The position numbers and the translations under genes were made by a program. Under the pieces are notes generated by a model, which saw only the letters and a program-made list of their open reading frames with translations, was not told the DNA's origin and did not search any database. Source: Azolla caroliniana (lineage: Eukaryota > Plantae > Polypodiophyta). From it: DNA of 64,000 bases. Shown here in pieces: positions 12,071-24,039 of this stretch (positions within the stretch are counted from its first letter, which is position 1; each line of letters begins with the position of its first letter). The stretch spans positions 3,782,001-3,846,000 of the forward strand of contig JBHGNT010000003.1 of the NCBI GenBank assembly GCA_043228905.1. Direction: 5' to 3'.

Positions 12071-13912
12071 CGGGCATTGGTTACTATAATGGCCTTCCTG
12101 TCGGCAGTAGTAGCAGTAGGCTTTCCGTGTATTGCTAGATTCGGCATTGTCTGTTGTACCCGGGGCAGTTCCTGCAGTACGCGCGGGGTTTTGGACCGGT
12201 TGGCTGCTTGGAGCTCCTTGTTCCGGATCCCGGGGGTAGCCGCCTTTTTTAAAATGCTGTTTTTTGTTATAGCTCTTCTTATTGCGGTACTCTTGACGGG
12301 GTTGCCCGTTATATCTGCCGTATTCCTCCCGTTGCTGACGATACCCGGGGGAGTGCTCCCGGTCGTAATGTTCGTATCGTCTATTGTAATCCCGGTACCG
12401 ATCATGCCGGTCATAGTTATCCCGCCGATCACCGTATCGGACATCATTCTCCCGTCGATCGCCATACCGGACATCCTATGCCGGTCGGTCGCGATCCATT
12501 CGCCGCTAGCGTTCCTCTTCTTCATCCTGGCTGCTGCGTGGCTCAATTTGTCGGACGGGCGGTGCTTGCCAGTTCAATAGATTATACTCGCACCTATCCG
12601 TCGTATGGCTCTTGGATTGACAGATTACACATTGCGTCCTCATAGTGCATTCTAGAGCCGAGTGTCCGGAATTCAAGCAGGTTGTGCACTGTATTGCTTG
12701 CCGAAACCGGAGGTCTTCATCGGTCGGTAACGCCCGTTGGAGTGCTCCCAGTTTGAGCCAGGAGCTTGTCTTTTCCATCTCTCTCACCCGGTCAATGACT
12801 TGGTCGATGGTACTTGTGCGGAAGTCAATCACCGTGCAAACCGTGCGTAGGGGTTCCCGGAGCGCGTTTAGGAATATAGTCCGTAATTCCTCCTCCGGGG
12901 GTGCGCGGGCAAGCTGACTATGCATCCGTTGAAACCGGATGACAAATTGGGGAATGCTCTCCCCTGCCTCCTGTCGGATGGTATAAAATAAGCCTACCAT
13001 TACTGTCTGGTCCACCTCCTTTTGGATGAAATGCAAGAATTTAGCTTTTAAATCTGCAAAGGTGTTGATGGTAGACGGGTCCTGCGTCCGGCGCCATCTT
13101 GCTGCCGGTCCCTCCAATGTGACACCAAATTCCGCTATCTTAGAGCGTTCTTCTTCATCCGGGGTCAATCGCTGGGACACATGGTTGGCTTCCCATGTCT
13201 GTTCAAAGGCGTGCACATGAGCTTCCGCGTCCGGATCATCTCTATACTTGGAGTACTGGAACGGCATGTCGTCGTCCGGTATCGGTGCTCGGGCTGGCAG
13301 TGTTGGTGCTCGTTCCGGAATTTTCTCCGGCGTCGGTGGTTTTTCCTCTTCTTTTGGTGACGAAGGCCTCTCCTCTTCGACTTCCGGTGTCGGAGGTCGC
13401 TCTTCCTCTGCTGGTTCCGGGGGTTCCAGCGTTAGCACTTCCGGTTCCGCTGTTGGTAAGGTATCCGATCCTTCGTCCTCCGGTCCGCCCGGGGTTTCGT
13501 TGCTGCTACGGTAGTTCGTGTGCACGTTGTATTCCCCTTCGGAGTCCGATTCATATGCTGAAAAGGCTTCTGCTTTGCCTTCTCCATTTGCCAACGCGTG
13601 GAGAAGGGATTCGGTTTCCCGGAGGCTGCTTAGGCTGCTGCCGTTGTTTGGGTGCGATGTTTGCTGTAACCAGAGGGAGTCCTCCGCTACTCTATGGATT
13701 ACGTTGGAAAACGAGCGATCCGCTCTAATTTCCTGCGCCGCTTGCTGGAAAGCCTCGCATCTCCTTTGCCTTTCAGCAAGGCGTCGAGTTCGGCCTGTAA
13801 CCAGGTCGTGCGTTGATCTAGACATCCATCCGTGCCGTCGTTCGCTACAAAAACAGGAATCGTGGTCACCAAAAACTGTGTTAACTCTTAGGGCCGGACA
13901 ATGGCCTAACAC
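12071..13912 (-). pseudogene. Gypsy gag with three CCHC zinc knuckles (premature stop at 12506; true start uncertain)
   Basis: Capsid-like TLEGPAARW...IRQEAGESIPQFVIRF; knuckles CTTCLNSGHSALEC, CVICQSKSHTTDRC and downstream CYYCRQEGHYSNQC. Confidence 0.85.
13860..13871 (-). other. Canonical-position PBS of the Gypsy element (tRNA-Arg-like)
   Basis: Minus strand: LTR end, spacer CAGTTTT, then TGGTGACCACGA; begins with TGG, complementary to tRNA CCA. Confidence 0.6.
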
Positions 13913-14313
13913 AAGGTGTCTACGGAAGACACTTCACCAAAGGGTGTTACGGCAACCAGATTAGACTCAACGCTTAATTCGACTTAATTAAGTTACTTAG
14001 CATGATCGTCTTTCATAATCACACGCGTAAGATATAACAATTAAGACAGAACGGCAATTAACACAAAGAGATAACAACACTAAGCTTTTATTAATTAACT
14101 GCTATTCATTACATTGTATCCAGGCCTTTAAATAGGTTTCCGGTCTGTATTACAAAACGGTGCCATCCGCACCTGTTCAGGATCGGTCCGGATCCGGAAC
14201 GGCATACCGATTCCAGTCCGTCCGTCCACACTCATAGCTTAATTACAACCACATTCCTACTACTTAAATAACTCTCCGTTTCCCACTCTGGACTCCTTTG
14301 CCGGCCGGTAACA
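13879..14313 (-). repeat. 5' LTR of the Gypsy element
   Basis: Direct repeat of 4997-5431. Confidence 0.95.
14125..14136 (-). promoter_or_regulatory. Putative TATA box in the Gypsy 5' LTR
   Basis: CCTATTTAAAGG on minus; near-palindromic (CCTTTAAATAGG on plus). Confidence 0.45.
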
Positions 14314-14318
14314 TCCTT

Positions 14319-15394
14319 CAACAACAACTTGCATCCGGTTGATGTCGTCAACAACACATATCCTATGCCGATAATTTGGCATGTACCTTCATTCCCCATA
14401 CAGACACAACCATGATCATCATCTGTGTAGGATGAGAAGCATTTCCGATTCGGTGTCAAGTGGAGTGACGATCCATAATCGACAACCCACGTTGTCTCGT
14501 CGCCGACAAGTTTAAGTCATTCTCCTCGGTAATGAGCATCAATTCCTCTTCACTTGTCGTGATCGTCGACGTTCCTTTCCGATCCGGGCCTCTCCGGTCC
14601 AAACTCTTCTTCGAATCAGTGGCACCAGTTTCTTTCTCTTTTCGGAAATGCCGACAGTTCTTCTGGAAGTGTCTCGGCTTCCCGGAATAGAAGCAAGTGG
14701 GCCTCCCCCTTGACTTTGACCTCGTCCCCGATTTGTCCCGATTTTGGGGACTCCGATACCGGCCTCTTCTCCGGTTGCGGTCATCTTCTGTGACCAAGGC
14801 CTTCGGATTGGTTCCAGACTCTCAGTCCTTCCAACAAGCTTCTTCATCTAGCAGGCTTGACTTTACCCTTGCTAGGGACAACTGTTTTTCCTTCCGGCCT
14901 GGCGTTGCCCAATGTGACAACTAACATCTCCCAGCTATTCGGGAGGGAACCGAGCAGGAGCAATGAGAGTACCTCATCGGCGAGAGGTACGTCCAACGAG
15001 GTTTCCTGGTGGATCAGTCCCTGGAAGGCATTCATGTGCTCTGCCATACTAGAGCCGTCCTGGTATCGGAGCCTCACTAGCTTCTGGAATACCGAAACCC
15101 GATTAACAACATTTTTGTTCTGGAACATGACGTCGATCTTCTCCCAGAGTTCATGAGCCTTGCGCTCTTCATTGAAGTTGTTGTACAGGGTATGTTGATG
15201 AAACACCGGATGTATGCCGCCGTCTTCATGTGCATCACCTCCCACACTGTGGCGTCGATCTTATTCGGTCTCTTGTTCCTGAACTGAACCGGCAACCAAA
15301 GATTTTTAACCACCAGCATATCCCTCATCTTCGACTTCCACACTGAGTAGTTGGAGCCGGTGAGCTTGAACATGCCGCCGAACGATTCTTCCAT
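14319..15394 (-). pseudogene. Copia 1 gag and protease (frameshifted)
   Basis: LRYQDGSSMAEHMNAF, LLLGSLPNSWE, decayed knuckle CFYSGKPRHFQKNC; homologous to 25893-26920. Confidence 0.9.
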
Positions 15395-15408
15395 TTACTG
15401 TGTTGTTT

Positions 15409-15420
15409 GCTCTGATACTA
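15409..15420 (-). other. PBS (tRNA-iMet) of Copia 1
   Basis: TAGTATCAGAGC, one mismatch to TGGTATCAGAGC, 3 nt from the LTR. Confidence 0.85.
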
Positions 15421-15423
15421 GAT

Positions 15424-15956
15424 TGTGAAGAATGGCGTGGAATACTGCTCGGCTACAACGAGTCTTAGGTCACTTCTTTAAAGGATCAAAGATAGAAATG
15501 GGAATGGAGATGAATACTTGTACACCAAAAGAAAATACACAGGATGTTTACGTGGAAAACTATAATAGGGAAAAACCATGAGAGCCCACAAACCCCAAAC
15601 TATCACTATATGAGAAAGGTACAATCAGAGACTCGGAGGCAATGACCTCAAGCTCTGTTTCTTCGCCAAGCGGCGGTTACAACAGAGTATCGCTCTGTAT
15701 CTTCTCTCTCTCTCTCTATGTTACTCTCTATACAACTATATGACTACAACTACACACCCAACTAAAGTGATTGCCCTAAGTCATATTTATACTTATATGA
15801 ACTTAGGGCTATTTACAAATATAGCCTCAATAGGCTTACTCAAAACATATTTACAACTATGTCTTCTCTTCTGGTTCTCATCGGGTCCATCCGATCCGGT
15901 TTTCGGATCTTTTCATTCATAACCGGATCCCATCCGGAGGGACCGATTTCCCAACA
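15424..15956 (-). repeat. 5' LTR of Copia element 1
   Basis: Direct repeat of 2106-2626. Confidence 0.93.
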
Positions 15957-17499
15957 CATATGGGGACACTCTTTGATGTAGGTCCAAGCAAACTACACGT
16001 TACTCAAAAGTGAATTTACATATGGAAAAGTCAATACTATGGAATTGGCTTATTTTCCCAAAGAAACACGCAAAAGTGAGCCCAAGCTTAATGGAAAGAA
16101 AATAAACGGTAGTCTACTCTAATGTTTGGCAAGTAGTTTCGATTGTATCCCTTCCATTTGGCGATGCCCTTCCATTTGGCGATGCTCGATTCCTCAAACT
16201 TCATGATGGATTACGCATGTTAATTAGTTCCCTCATCTCTAGCTCAACAAGGGCGAATAAAAGTAATATCATGCCAAGTTCAACATAAAAGAACATAATT
16301 TTTTTCATTGTCAACATTTGTGGAGGAAAACCATCCTACAATAGTTTCAAACCTTCATGTAAGGAGCGCCTACACACCATGCAATCCCTTGCACTATCAT
16401 ATACTTTAGACAAGGAGACTAGTGTTGGAATTCCTTGTCGAATATCCTACACATCGAGCCTAGGGTTTACACTACCTACTATACTCTACTCTCCCACTTC
16501 ACACTCAAAGAGAACACAAATATATCACTACATATATTTTCATTTACAAACACACATACACACTTGGGAAATTACAAATATCTAAGTTACAATTATCATT
16601 GTCTTCTCAACATATTTTTGGTCACTACCCTTCCCCCCCCTTCTTTTTAAAACTTCCAACCTCCTCACACATGCCTACATGAACTCAAATTCATACAACT
16701 CTACCTTAGTCTCGATGTCGAGCTTAGGGTTCTATTCGTAAGTTTTCCATAATTGCTTTATGCTTAGTCTACTATTTTTTATGTTCTTTTAGAGAGCTTT
16801 TTAATGCATGTTTAGACACCGCATTCCTTCACCTTGGTCAGAAGTTATGATCAATTTTTTCTGTTGCCTTCATTAGTCCATATTTCTTTGTAACTAAAGG
16901 TTAATTTGCATAAATCTAACTCGACAACTACAAGGTAAATTCTCCTTGACTTCTCTTTTCATGAATAGTGAAGATGCTAAAGGAACAAGAGCTATTGACA
17001 ACATAATAGAAAGTCCAAACAAGTATGTGCATAATCGATCCTTTGAGAAAATGGCAACTATGTATATATCTTTGCAAGAAATAATTTTGAATTTACAAAG
17101 AAAGAGAATGATCTCTTCAACATGAAATGAAAATGCAAAACATAGATATGAAAAGTTTGGAGGAACTACATGCAATGAAAATTATGACTCTTAAAATGCA
17201 AGATAATCAGATGCCTAAAATAGAAACAAAAATGCTATGTTTAGAAGTAAAAAAATAAATGCTAATGAAGGCAAATGTAGGTACAAGTTTATGAATCTTA
17301 GATACAAGTTAGTATTAACTTAACCCTTTTGGTTGTTCACATAAATAGCCACTATGAAGGCTCATAACATAAGCCATATGTATGTTGTCATTACCACACA
17401 CACTAACTTTTAACACATTGGACACATTGTAAGGGTAGCATGTAATTACGATGAGAGCCTTAGATAAACATAAGCGATACCAATGGATAATATGGATAA

Positions 17500-18040
17500 C
17501 GTGGTGATCTTGTCACATACTTATTATGTCAAGATATACTTTTTCTAGAAGCTTGGTGAAGTGTTGATTATGGGAGATTTTAACTCTAGAATTGGAAAAT
17601 ACCAAAATATAGAGATATCAAAGAAAAAACTAATGGATCCTTGTCTATTACATGGATCAAAAGATTGTTGTTATGATCATAACCATAATTGGTGTTCTCT
17701 AAGGTTATGGTTAGAGTAGAATAATTCATAAGGAATGAGTTGTAAGGATTGAGTGTGGAATAATTCATGAAAGGGATCATCTTTATTATTTTTGATAAAG
17801 ATTCTAATAGAGTGGCAAAGTTCTAGCTTCATACACACGTTCCTCCTTCAAACCCAAGGTATGAATGATCATTGACTAAGTTTCCATACTCTTGATTTGG
17901 TGGTTGATGTCAATGTATATGTTGAGGAGCATGCCCAATCTAGTGAATTCCTCTACACCAATTATGATATAATATAGTTGTAGATATATAATAGTGAATT
18001 ACTCTACCAATGCTTAGTTAATCACTCTGATAAGTTGTCA
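17500..18040 (+). pseudogene. Highly decayed LINE endonuclease remnant
   Basis: GEVLIMGDFNSRIG motif at ~17555-17596; boundaries approximate. Confidence 0.5.
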
Positions 18041-18189
18041 AGACATATTTGAACCATCTCATCCTCATCGACTTAGAACCAAGTTTATCAAGGGAATAGA
18101 GTCTCAAAAAGTCTTTATCTTTGGAGTGTAGTTATAGATAGACACTCTTCTATTGAATGTTGTTCAACTCTCATTGAAGTCACCCTCTG

Positions 18190-18760
18190 GCAACGGGGAA
18201 ATGGAGGTTGAAGAAAAGCGAAATGGAGCCTCGTCATGGAAAGCTAGAGAATGTTGATTTAGAAGAATTGAACTCCCAAGTTTGACTTTTCTTAATCAAC
18301 TAAAGTACACATAGAACAACTCAACTCTAACGTACAAGCTCAACTCATCGCCAAGTAGCAACGCAAGATCAATGTTGATGAGCATGGTGACCTTGAGGAG
18401 GTGGTGTATATAGGGCAACTAGATGGGTTTATGGAACCTACCAAAGAGATGATGGTATATATTAAGCTCAAAAGGGCCTATATGACCTAAAGTAAGCACC
18501 CTACCAATGGTAACAGATGCTCGACTCATTCATTAAATCAAAATAATTTCATAACAAGAATGGGAATTCATATTTCTACATAAAGAAATGTGTGGGAAAA
18601 AACGTAACTTTTCTTAATGCTTACAAGGTCCATGAAGGGCATTCAAACTTTCAAGAAAAACCTAAGCCAAAATGTTGACATGAAGGTACTTGAAAGAGCA
18701 AAGCATATTTTGCATGTGCAATCACTTAAGATATGAAGAATCAGTGGATTCACATGTATC
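18190..18760 (+). pseudogene. Highly decayed Copia RT remnant
   Basis: HGDLEEVVYIGQLDGF and a YDLK*AP-like motif; many stops. Confidence 0.55.
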
Positions 18761-18774
18761 AAGGTGATCAAGTG

Positions 18775-18930
18775 GTTCCACATGGGAAAAATGTGGAGGC
18801 TCACGTGTCACACACTATACTACATATGTTGCACCTAACTACAAAACCATGTTATTCATTGAATGGGGAAACCACACACGTCAATCCATTTTAGGGCCCA
18901 TCATGTTGTTGTCTTCCAACCAAACCATTG
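18775..18930 (+). mobile_element. LINE 3' fragment, left part (continues at 23162-~23400 after Copia 2)
   Basis: Aligns by eye with 24590-24740; the right flank GTTCCATGCAACTTAGCTCACA continues the same match. Confidence 0.8.
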
Positions 18931-21900
18931 TGTTGAGCGAGCAAGCTCAACCGGATCCGGATCGGCTAAATAAGCCTGAGCTGGATCGACATCCGGAAAC
19001 AACCGGCCGGATCAGGGGGACGGATCGGTGAGCTAGATTCGAGCGGGAACCGGAAGCCTAGTAGTAGCTTAGACTACTAGGTAATTATTGTCTCATAGTT
19101 AGTATTAGTCGCACGTAGGAATATTGAAGTACCTGGTAGTCCTTTATGGACTTGTATAAATAGTGTTGTTTAGCACGTTGTATACACAAAGTTGTAGAGT
19201 TATTTTTAAATAGAGTTTATGTTCTGCTCTCTCTATCTCTCCCACGCGTATTCTCTGTGTTAAGTTCTCCATTAAACCTTCTCTCATTTTCTGTTGCTAT
19301 CCGGCTGAGCCGGTTCTATCTAACACTTCCGCACGTTTACATTCAGGTGGTATCAAAGCGTGAGGGTTCAGAACCTCTGCAGTCGACACTTGCTTTCGTA
19401 GACAAACCCTAGAACCCGGCAACAACAGACAGAGAGAAGACATGGACAGAGGAATTGTGAGTTCACTTCCAACAGAGAAGCTCGACCGGAGCAACTACGC
19501 GTCCTGGTCATACAAAATGCACTAGTACCTGCTGGGGCATGGATATTGGAGCTTCGTGGAAGGAATGAACGAAGTAGCACCGGAGCCGACACACAGTGAC
19601 TTCTCGGTATGGGAGCAAGGAGCGAGTCAGGTACTGTACTGTCTTGCGTCCGGTGTACATGATCAGATGCTCAACTATATCAAGGATGCAAAGATGCCGA
19701 AGGAGGCCTGGGAAAATCTACGGAAGATTTTCGCTGCAAGTACCACAACCCGTAAGTTGCAGCTCCAGCAAGAGCTGAACAACATCCGGCAAAGAGACAT
19801 GTTGGTTACGGACTACACCACCAAGATAAAGGAGATTTGCGACGCACTCAGGTCCATCAACGTGACGGTGGACAAAGACAAGATGGTACAAATTTGCCAC
19901 GGTGGTCTAATGCAAAGGTACGGGCCAATCTGGACAACGATCTGCACCCGGGAGAAACCATTGTCTTTCTTCGACTTGCAATCAATGCTGATGGTCGAAG
20001 AAAACCACGCGAGTGGGTCAAGGACTACTCAATCGGACGACCGGATGCTATACACAGAGACAGATCGGCCCCATGGACGTGGTGGACGAGGTAGGTCGGC
20101 ACACAATGGAGGCGGCCGGCAAGAGTAGGATCGGAGGCACAAAGAGGTGCCGACAGCAGTTCCGAATCCTCCACAAGCAGGGGGAGTCAAAGCGGCGTCG
20201 GGAACCAGCAAGGAAAGGCCGACACGGAATGCTGGTATTGTGGCAAAAAGGGCCATAGGGAAAGCGAGTGCTGGAAGAAGCGCGCCGATTCGGACAAATC
20301 CGGATCTGCCAAAACCGGTCGGGAGAATTGGCAAAGCTCGCAGTACGCTGAAGGATCCGAAACCGGGAAAACCGGTAAAGGGCAACACAAGACTAACTCG
20401 ATGAAGAAGACTACCTTTAGATCGGAGGAAGTATGGTACGTTGATTCTGGAGTGTCCAACCACATGACGAGCCATGAAGAGTGGTTCTCTTCTTTGGAGA
20501 AATCGGAACAACCGGGGATTGTCAAAACCGGAGACGACACCCCTCACCCGATTGTGCATGTCGGAGAAGTCCCTTTAAGCCATGTCGGACAAAAGGGGAA
20601 GCTGATGAACGTACTACACATTCCAACTATCACAAAGAACCTGGTGTCGGTTGGACAAATCGTCGACTAGGGGATGCAGGTGCGGTTTACGCACCTCGGG
20701 TGCTTCATTGAGGAAGAAGGCTGGATAATAGTGCAAGGCCGCAGGGAAGGGAGGATGTTCATCCTCAACACTAATTACGTCGGCACCGCTATGTTTGTGA
20801 AAGGGCAGAAGGTCGAATCAGACATCAACCTGTGGCACAAGCGGATCGGCCACGTCAATTATCGGAGGCTTCAGGACCTACAATCGAAACAAGTTGTTTT
20901 CAGTTTGCCGAAATTCAGTGGCCAGAAGGCCCAAATATGTGAAGCTTGCCAACTCGGGAAGCAACACCGAACGAAACCGGAGCCATAACAAGCTCGACCT
21001 AATCCATTCGGATGTATGGGGACCGACACAAAACGTTAGTCTTGGCAGGAGTCGGTATTTCGTCTCCTCCATCGACGACTACAGCCGGCACACGTGGATC
21101 TACGTCATCGAGAGGAAGAGTGAAGTCTTAAAGTGTTTCCAGAAACTTCAAAGCTTGGTTGAACGGGAAACGGAGAGGAAGGTCAAGTGCTTGCAGTCAG
21201 ATGGCGGAAAAGAATACTTTTCCGGCCAATTCAACAATTATCTGCAGTAGAACGGAATTCGAAGAGAATCCAATTGCAGGTACACATTGGAACAAAACGG
21301 TGTGGCCGAAAGGAAGAACCTGTCGATTGTCAACGCGTCAAGGGCAATGTTGGAGGAGGAGAGCATGCCCTATTCGGAGAAGTGCATCCTAGTCGGCTAC
21401 TCGCATGAGCAGAAGGGGTATAAGTGCTATAACCCTCAGACTAAGCAGGTCTAAGTAAGCCGAGATGTCGATTTTGATGAGATGGCATCATGGTACACCT
21501 TACCGGCTCCAACTCCCGACAAAGACCCGATTCTGGAAGATGAGGCTAGTGAGACCGAGGAGGTCCAGGTAGAAGATGAAGATTTTGTCACTCTAGAAGA
21601 GAGTCTGATTTCATTCCAGTTGAATGGACCGAATGAGCGGCTGAGTCGGGATGACCAGTCAGATGAAGAACCGGTGAGTAGTGGAGACTTTGTCCTGCTC
21701 TCCCTGCGCAAGGAACCAAGGAGACGGTACACACGCAAAGAGAAGGGGAAGAAGAAGATGCCGGAATATGAAACCGGCAACGTTGAGTCGGATCGGAGCG
21801 CATCCGACTCCGGAAAGGATGAAGGCGGATCTTTGGGAACGAAGTCTGAACCGGCCAAGAAGGGCCCCAAACCGGGTGATACCAAGTTACGCTGGTCTTC

Positions 21901-23161
21901 CCGCTTGAAGAACCCTGTTACGCGGTACGGGTACAATGAGTACATGGCGCATCACTATGCGTACATGATCAAAGTGGCGGAAGTACGTGAGCCAGAGAGC
22001 TACGCAGAAGCGGCAAAGGACGCAAATTGGCGTGCCTCTATGGAAGAAGAAATGCGGGCACTCGATGCCAACAACACATGGGACCTCGTTGACCCTTCCC
22101 GACATTGTAAATTGATCGGTTGCAAATGGGTGTATAAGGTAAAGTACAATGCCGACATTTTGGTTAACCAGTACAAGGCCCGATTAGTGGCGAAGGGATA
22201 TGCATAGACTCACGGAATCGACTACGACGAGACCTTCGCTCTGGTAGCGAAGATGACGACGGTTCGTGTTGTACTGGCGTTTGTTGCGGCAAGGGGTTGG
22301 CATCTTCACCATATGGACGTGAAGAATGTGTTTCTTCAAGGTGACCTTGAAGAACGGGTCTATATGATCCAACCTCCCGGTTTTCAGTTGGAGATGAACA
22401 AGTCGGCGGTGTGTCGGCTTAAGAAGTCGCTTTACGGCTTGAAACAAGCCCCCCGAGCTTGGAATTCGAATATTACGCACCGGTTGCGTAAGATGGGGTT
22501 TGTGACCTCTTAATCCGACTCATCATTGTTCATCCGGCAAGGTCCGAACGGTTCGGTTTGCATCTTGCTTTATGTAGATGATTTGGTCATCACCGGACCC
22601 AGACTAAATGAAATTGGCCGAGTAAAGTCCCAGCCGTCAAACGCATTTGAAATGAAGGACCTGGGGGACGTTCATTATTTTCTTGGGATCGAGGTGATCC
22701 GAGCCCCCGAGGGCATATTGTTCTCACAACGACACTATGTGTTGAATATGTTGTAAAGGTTCGGCATGACGGAATGCCAACCTATCCCCACACCCTTGGA
22801 CCGGAACCAGAAGCTCTATCCCAACTCTGGACCGGCCTGTGATGAGAAACGGTTCCGACAAATCATCGAAAGCCTCATATACTTGACAATCACTCGACCC
22901 AACCTTAGTTACCCAGTCGGAGTGATCAACCAGTTCATGCAGAAGCCGATCGTCGAGCACCTTAAGTTGTATAAATAGGGTTGTTTAGCACGTTGTATAC
23001 ACAAAGTTGTAGAGTTATTTTTAAATAGAGTTTATGTTCTGCTCTCTCTGTCTCTCCCACGCATATTCTCTGTGTTAAGTTCTCCATTAAACCTTCTCTC
23101 ATTTTCTGTTGCTATCCGGCTGAGCCGGTTCTGTCTAACACTTCCGCACGTTTACTTCACA
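18931..23161 (+). mobile_element. Ty1/Copia LTR retrotransposon (second family), defective; RNase H, PPT and U3 of the 3' LTR deleted
   Basis: 5' LTR 18931-19345; PBS TGGTATCAAAGC 19348-19359; gag from 19442; WYVDSGVSNHM, LWHKRIGH, HSDVWGP, MDVKNVFLQGDL, LYVDDL; partial 3' LTR 22967-23161; TSD CATTG. Confidence 0.92.
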
Positions 23162-23614
23162 CATTGGTTCCATGCAACTTAGCTCACAGTCACTAGTGAT
23201 GAGGGTAATCGATTATGCACACTTTGTCCTTAACAAGTTCAAGTGTTTGAGCATCACACTTTGATATAATGCTCTGTATTTGAATTCATCAAACTAAGCA
23301 TTCCACACATCTTCAACCAAACCCAATGCTTGCACGAATTTCTCTCATTGTCCTGGTGTGCACTCTCAATTGCTACATTCATTATTAAAGTTCTTGAACA
23401 TCGAGGGTCGCTACTCACTTTCACATGTACTACGTGAAATGAAAATGTTGTCAAGACTGAGAGAGAGAGAAAGAGAGAAAAAGAGATAGAGAGATAATTG
23501 AAAGAGAATTATTATATTGAAGCGTAAAATGGATTATAAAGAGTAGGCTACAAAATGGCGTTGAACCAATTTAGGTTTGGGATGGGTGGTAGATCCCTAT
23601 TTATAAGTAATAGA

Positions 23615-23785
23615 GAACACTCTAGAATATTCTAGGTTATCCTAGAATGTAGAGTAATCTAGAAGATCTCTAGAGTATTCTAGAAGGTTCTAGTGGTATA
23701 GAACACCCTAGAATATTCTAGGTCATTCTAGAATGTAGAGTAATATAGAATATTCCTATGATATTAGATTTCATATTCTAGAGAC
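23615..23785. repeat. Array of (T)CTAGAA/TTCTAG motifs with an internal ~50-bp duplication, probably an LTR remnant
   Basis: ctagaatattctagg...ctagaatgtagagtaat occurs twice, ~88 bp apart. Confidence 0.5.
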
Positions 23786-23928
23786 TATACATATAAGAAT
23801 ATTAATACAATGGTTAAGGATTTGACATGTGTACAACAAGGTCGTGGGTTTAAATCCTTTCGAGTCATAATGTGAGTGTTATGATCCTTTTGATGCATGA
23901 TGTGAGTGTTTATCATGACAAATGTTAT

Positions 23929-23931
<3 letters not shown>

Positions 23932-23969
<38 letters not shown>
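23932..23969. repeat. (TC)n microsatellite
   Basis: Direct reading. Confidence 0.95.
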
Positions 23970-23973
<4 letters not shown>

Positions 23974-24039
23974 TTATGTAGAACAATGAGCCACTTGAAT
24001 GTGCGGAAAGTTTCAAATATCTTGGTCGTGAAGTTCCTT

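Larger units (their letters stand above)
4997..14313 (-). mobile_element. Ty3/Gypsy non-chromovirus (Athila/Tat-group-like) LTR retrotransposon with an extra 3' ORF, nested in Copia 1
   Basis: 435-bp LTRs 4997-5431 and 13879-14313 (about 13 differences by eye); TSD TCCTT at 4992-4996 and 14314-14318; removing it restores the Copia reading KLLLK-DV..VPEVRLNL. Confidence 0.96.
2106..15956 (-). mobile_element. Ty1/Copia LTR retrotransposon (Tnt1/Tto1-like), defective, split by a nested Gypsy
   Basis: Direct-repeat LTRs 2106-2626 and 15424-15956 with TG..CA ends; TSD CATAT at 2101-2105 and 15957-15961; gag start MEESFGGMFKLTGSNYSVWK at 15394; order gag-PR-IN-RT-RH. Confidence 0.95.

Noticed and set aside
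5416-13964. Many plus-strand ORFs inside the Gypsy as antisense genes
   Set aside because: They are short shadows of GC-rich coding sequence with no motifs.
4997-14313. Explaining the left PBS as an ordinary plus-strand element whose interior was later inverted
   Set aside because: No PPT abuts the right LTR on plus, a TGG PBS-like site sits there on minus, and LTR poly(A) signals point to minus. Disfavoured but not excluded without other copies.
16423-16612. TGTTG...CAACA segment as a solo LTR
   Set aside because: Flanking 5-mers (ACTAG / TATTT) do not form a TSD, and there is no second copy in the window.
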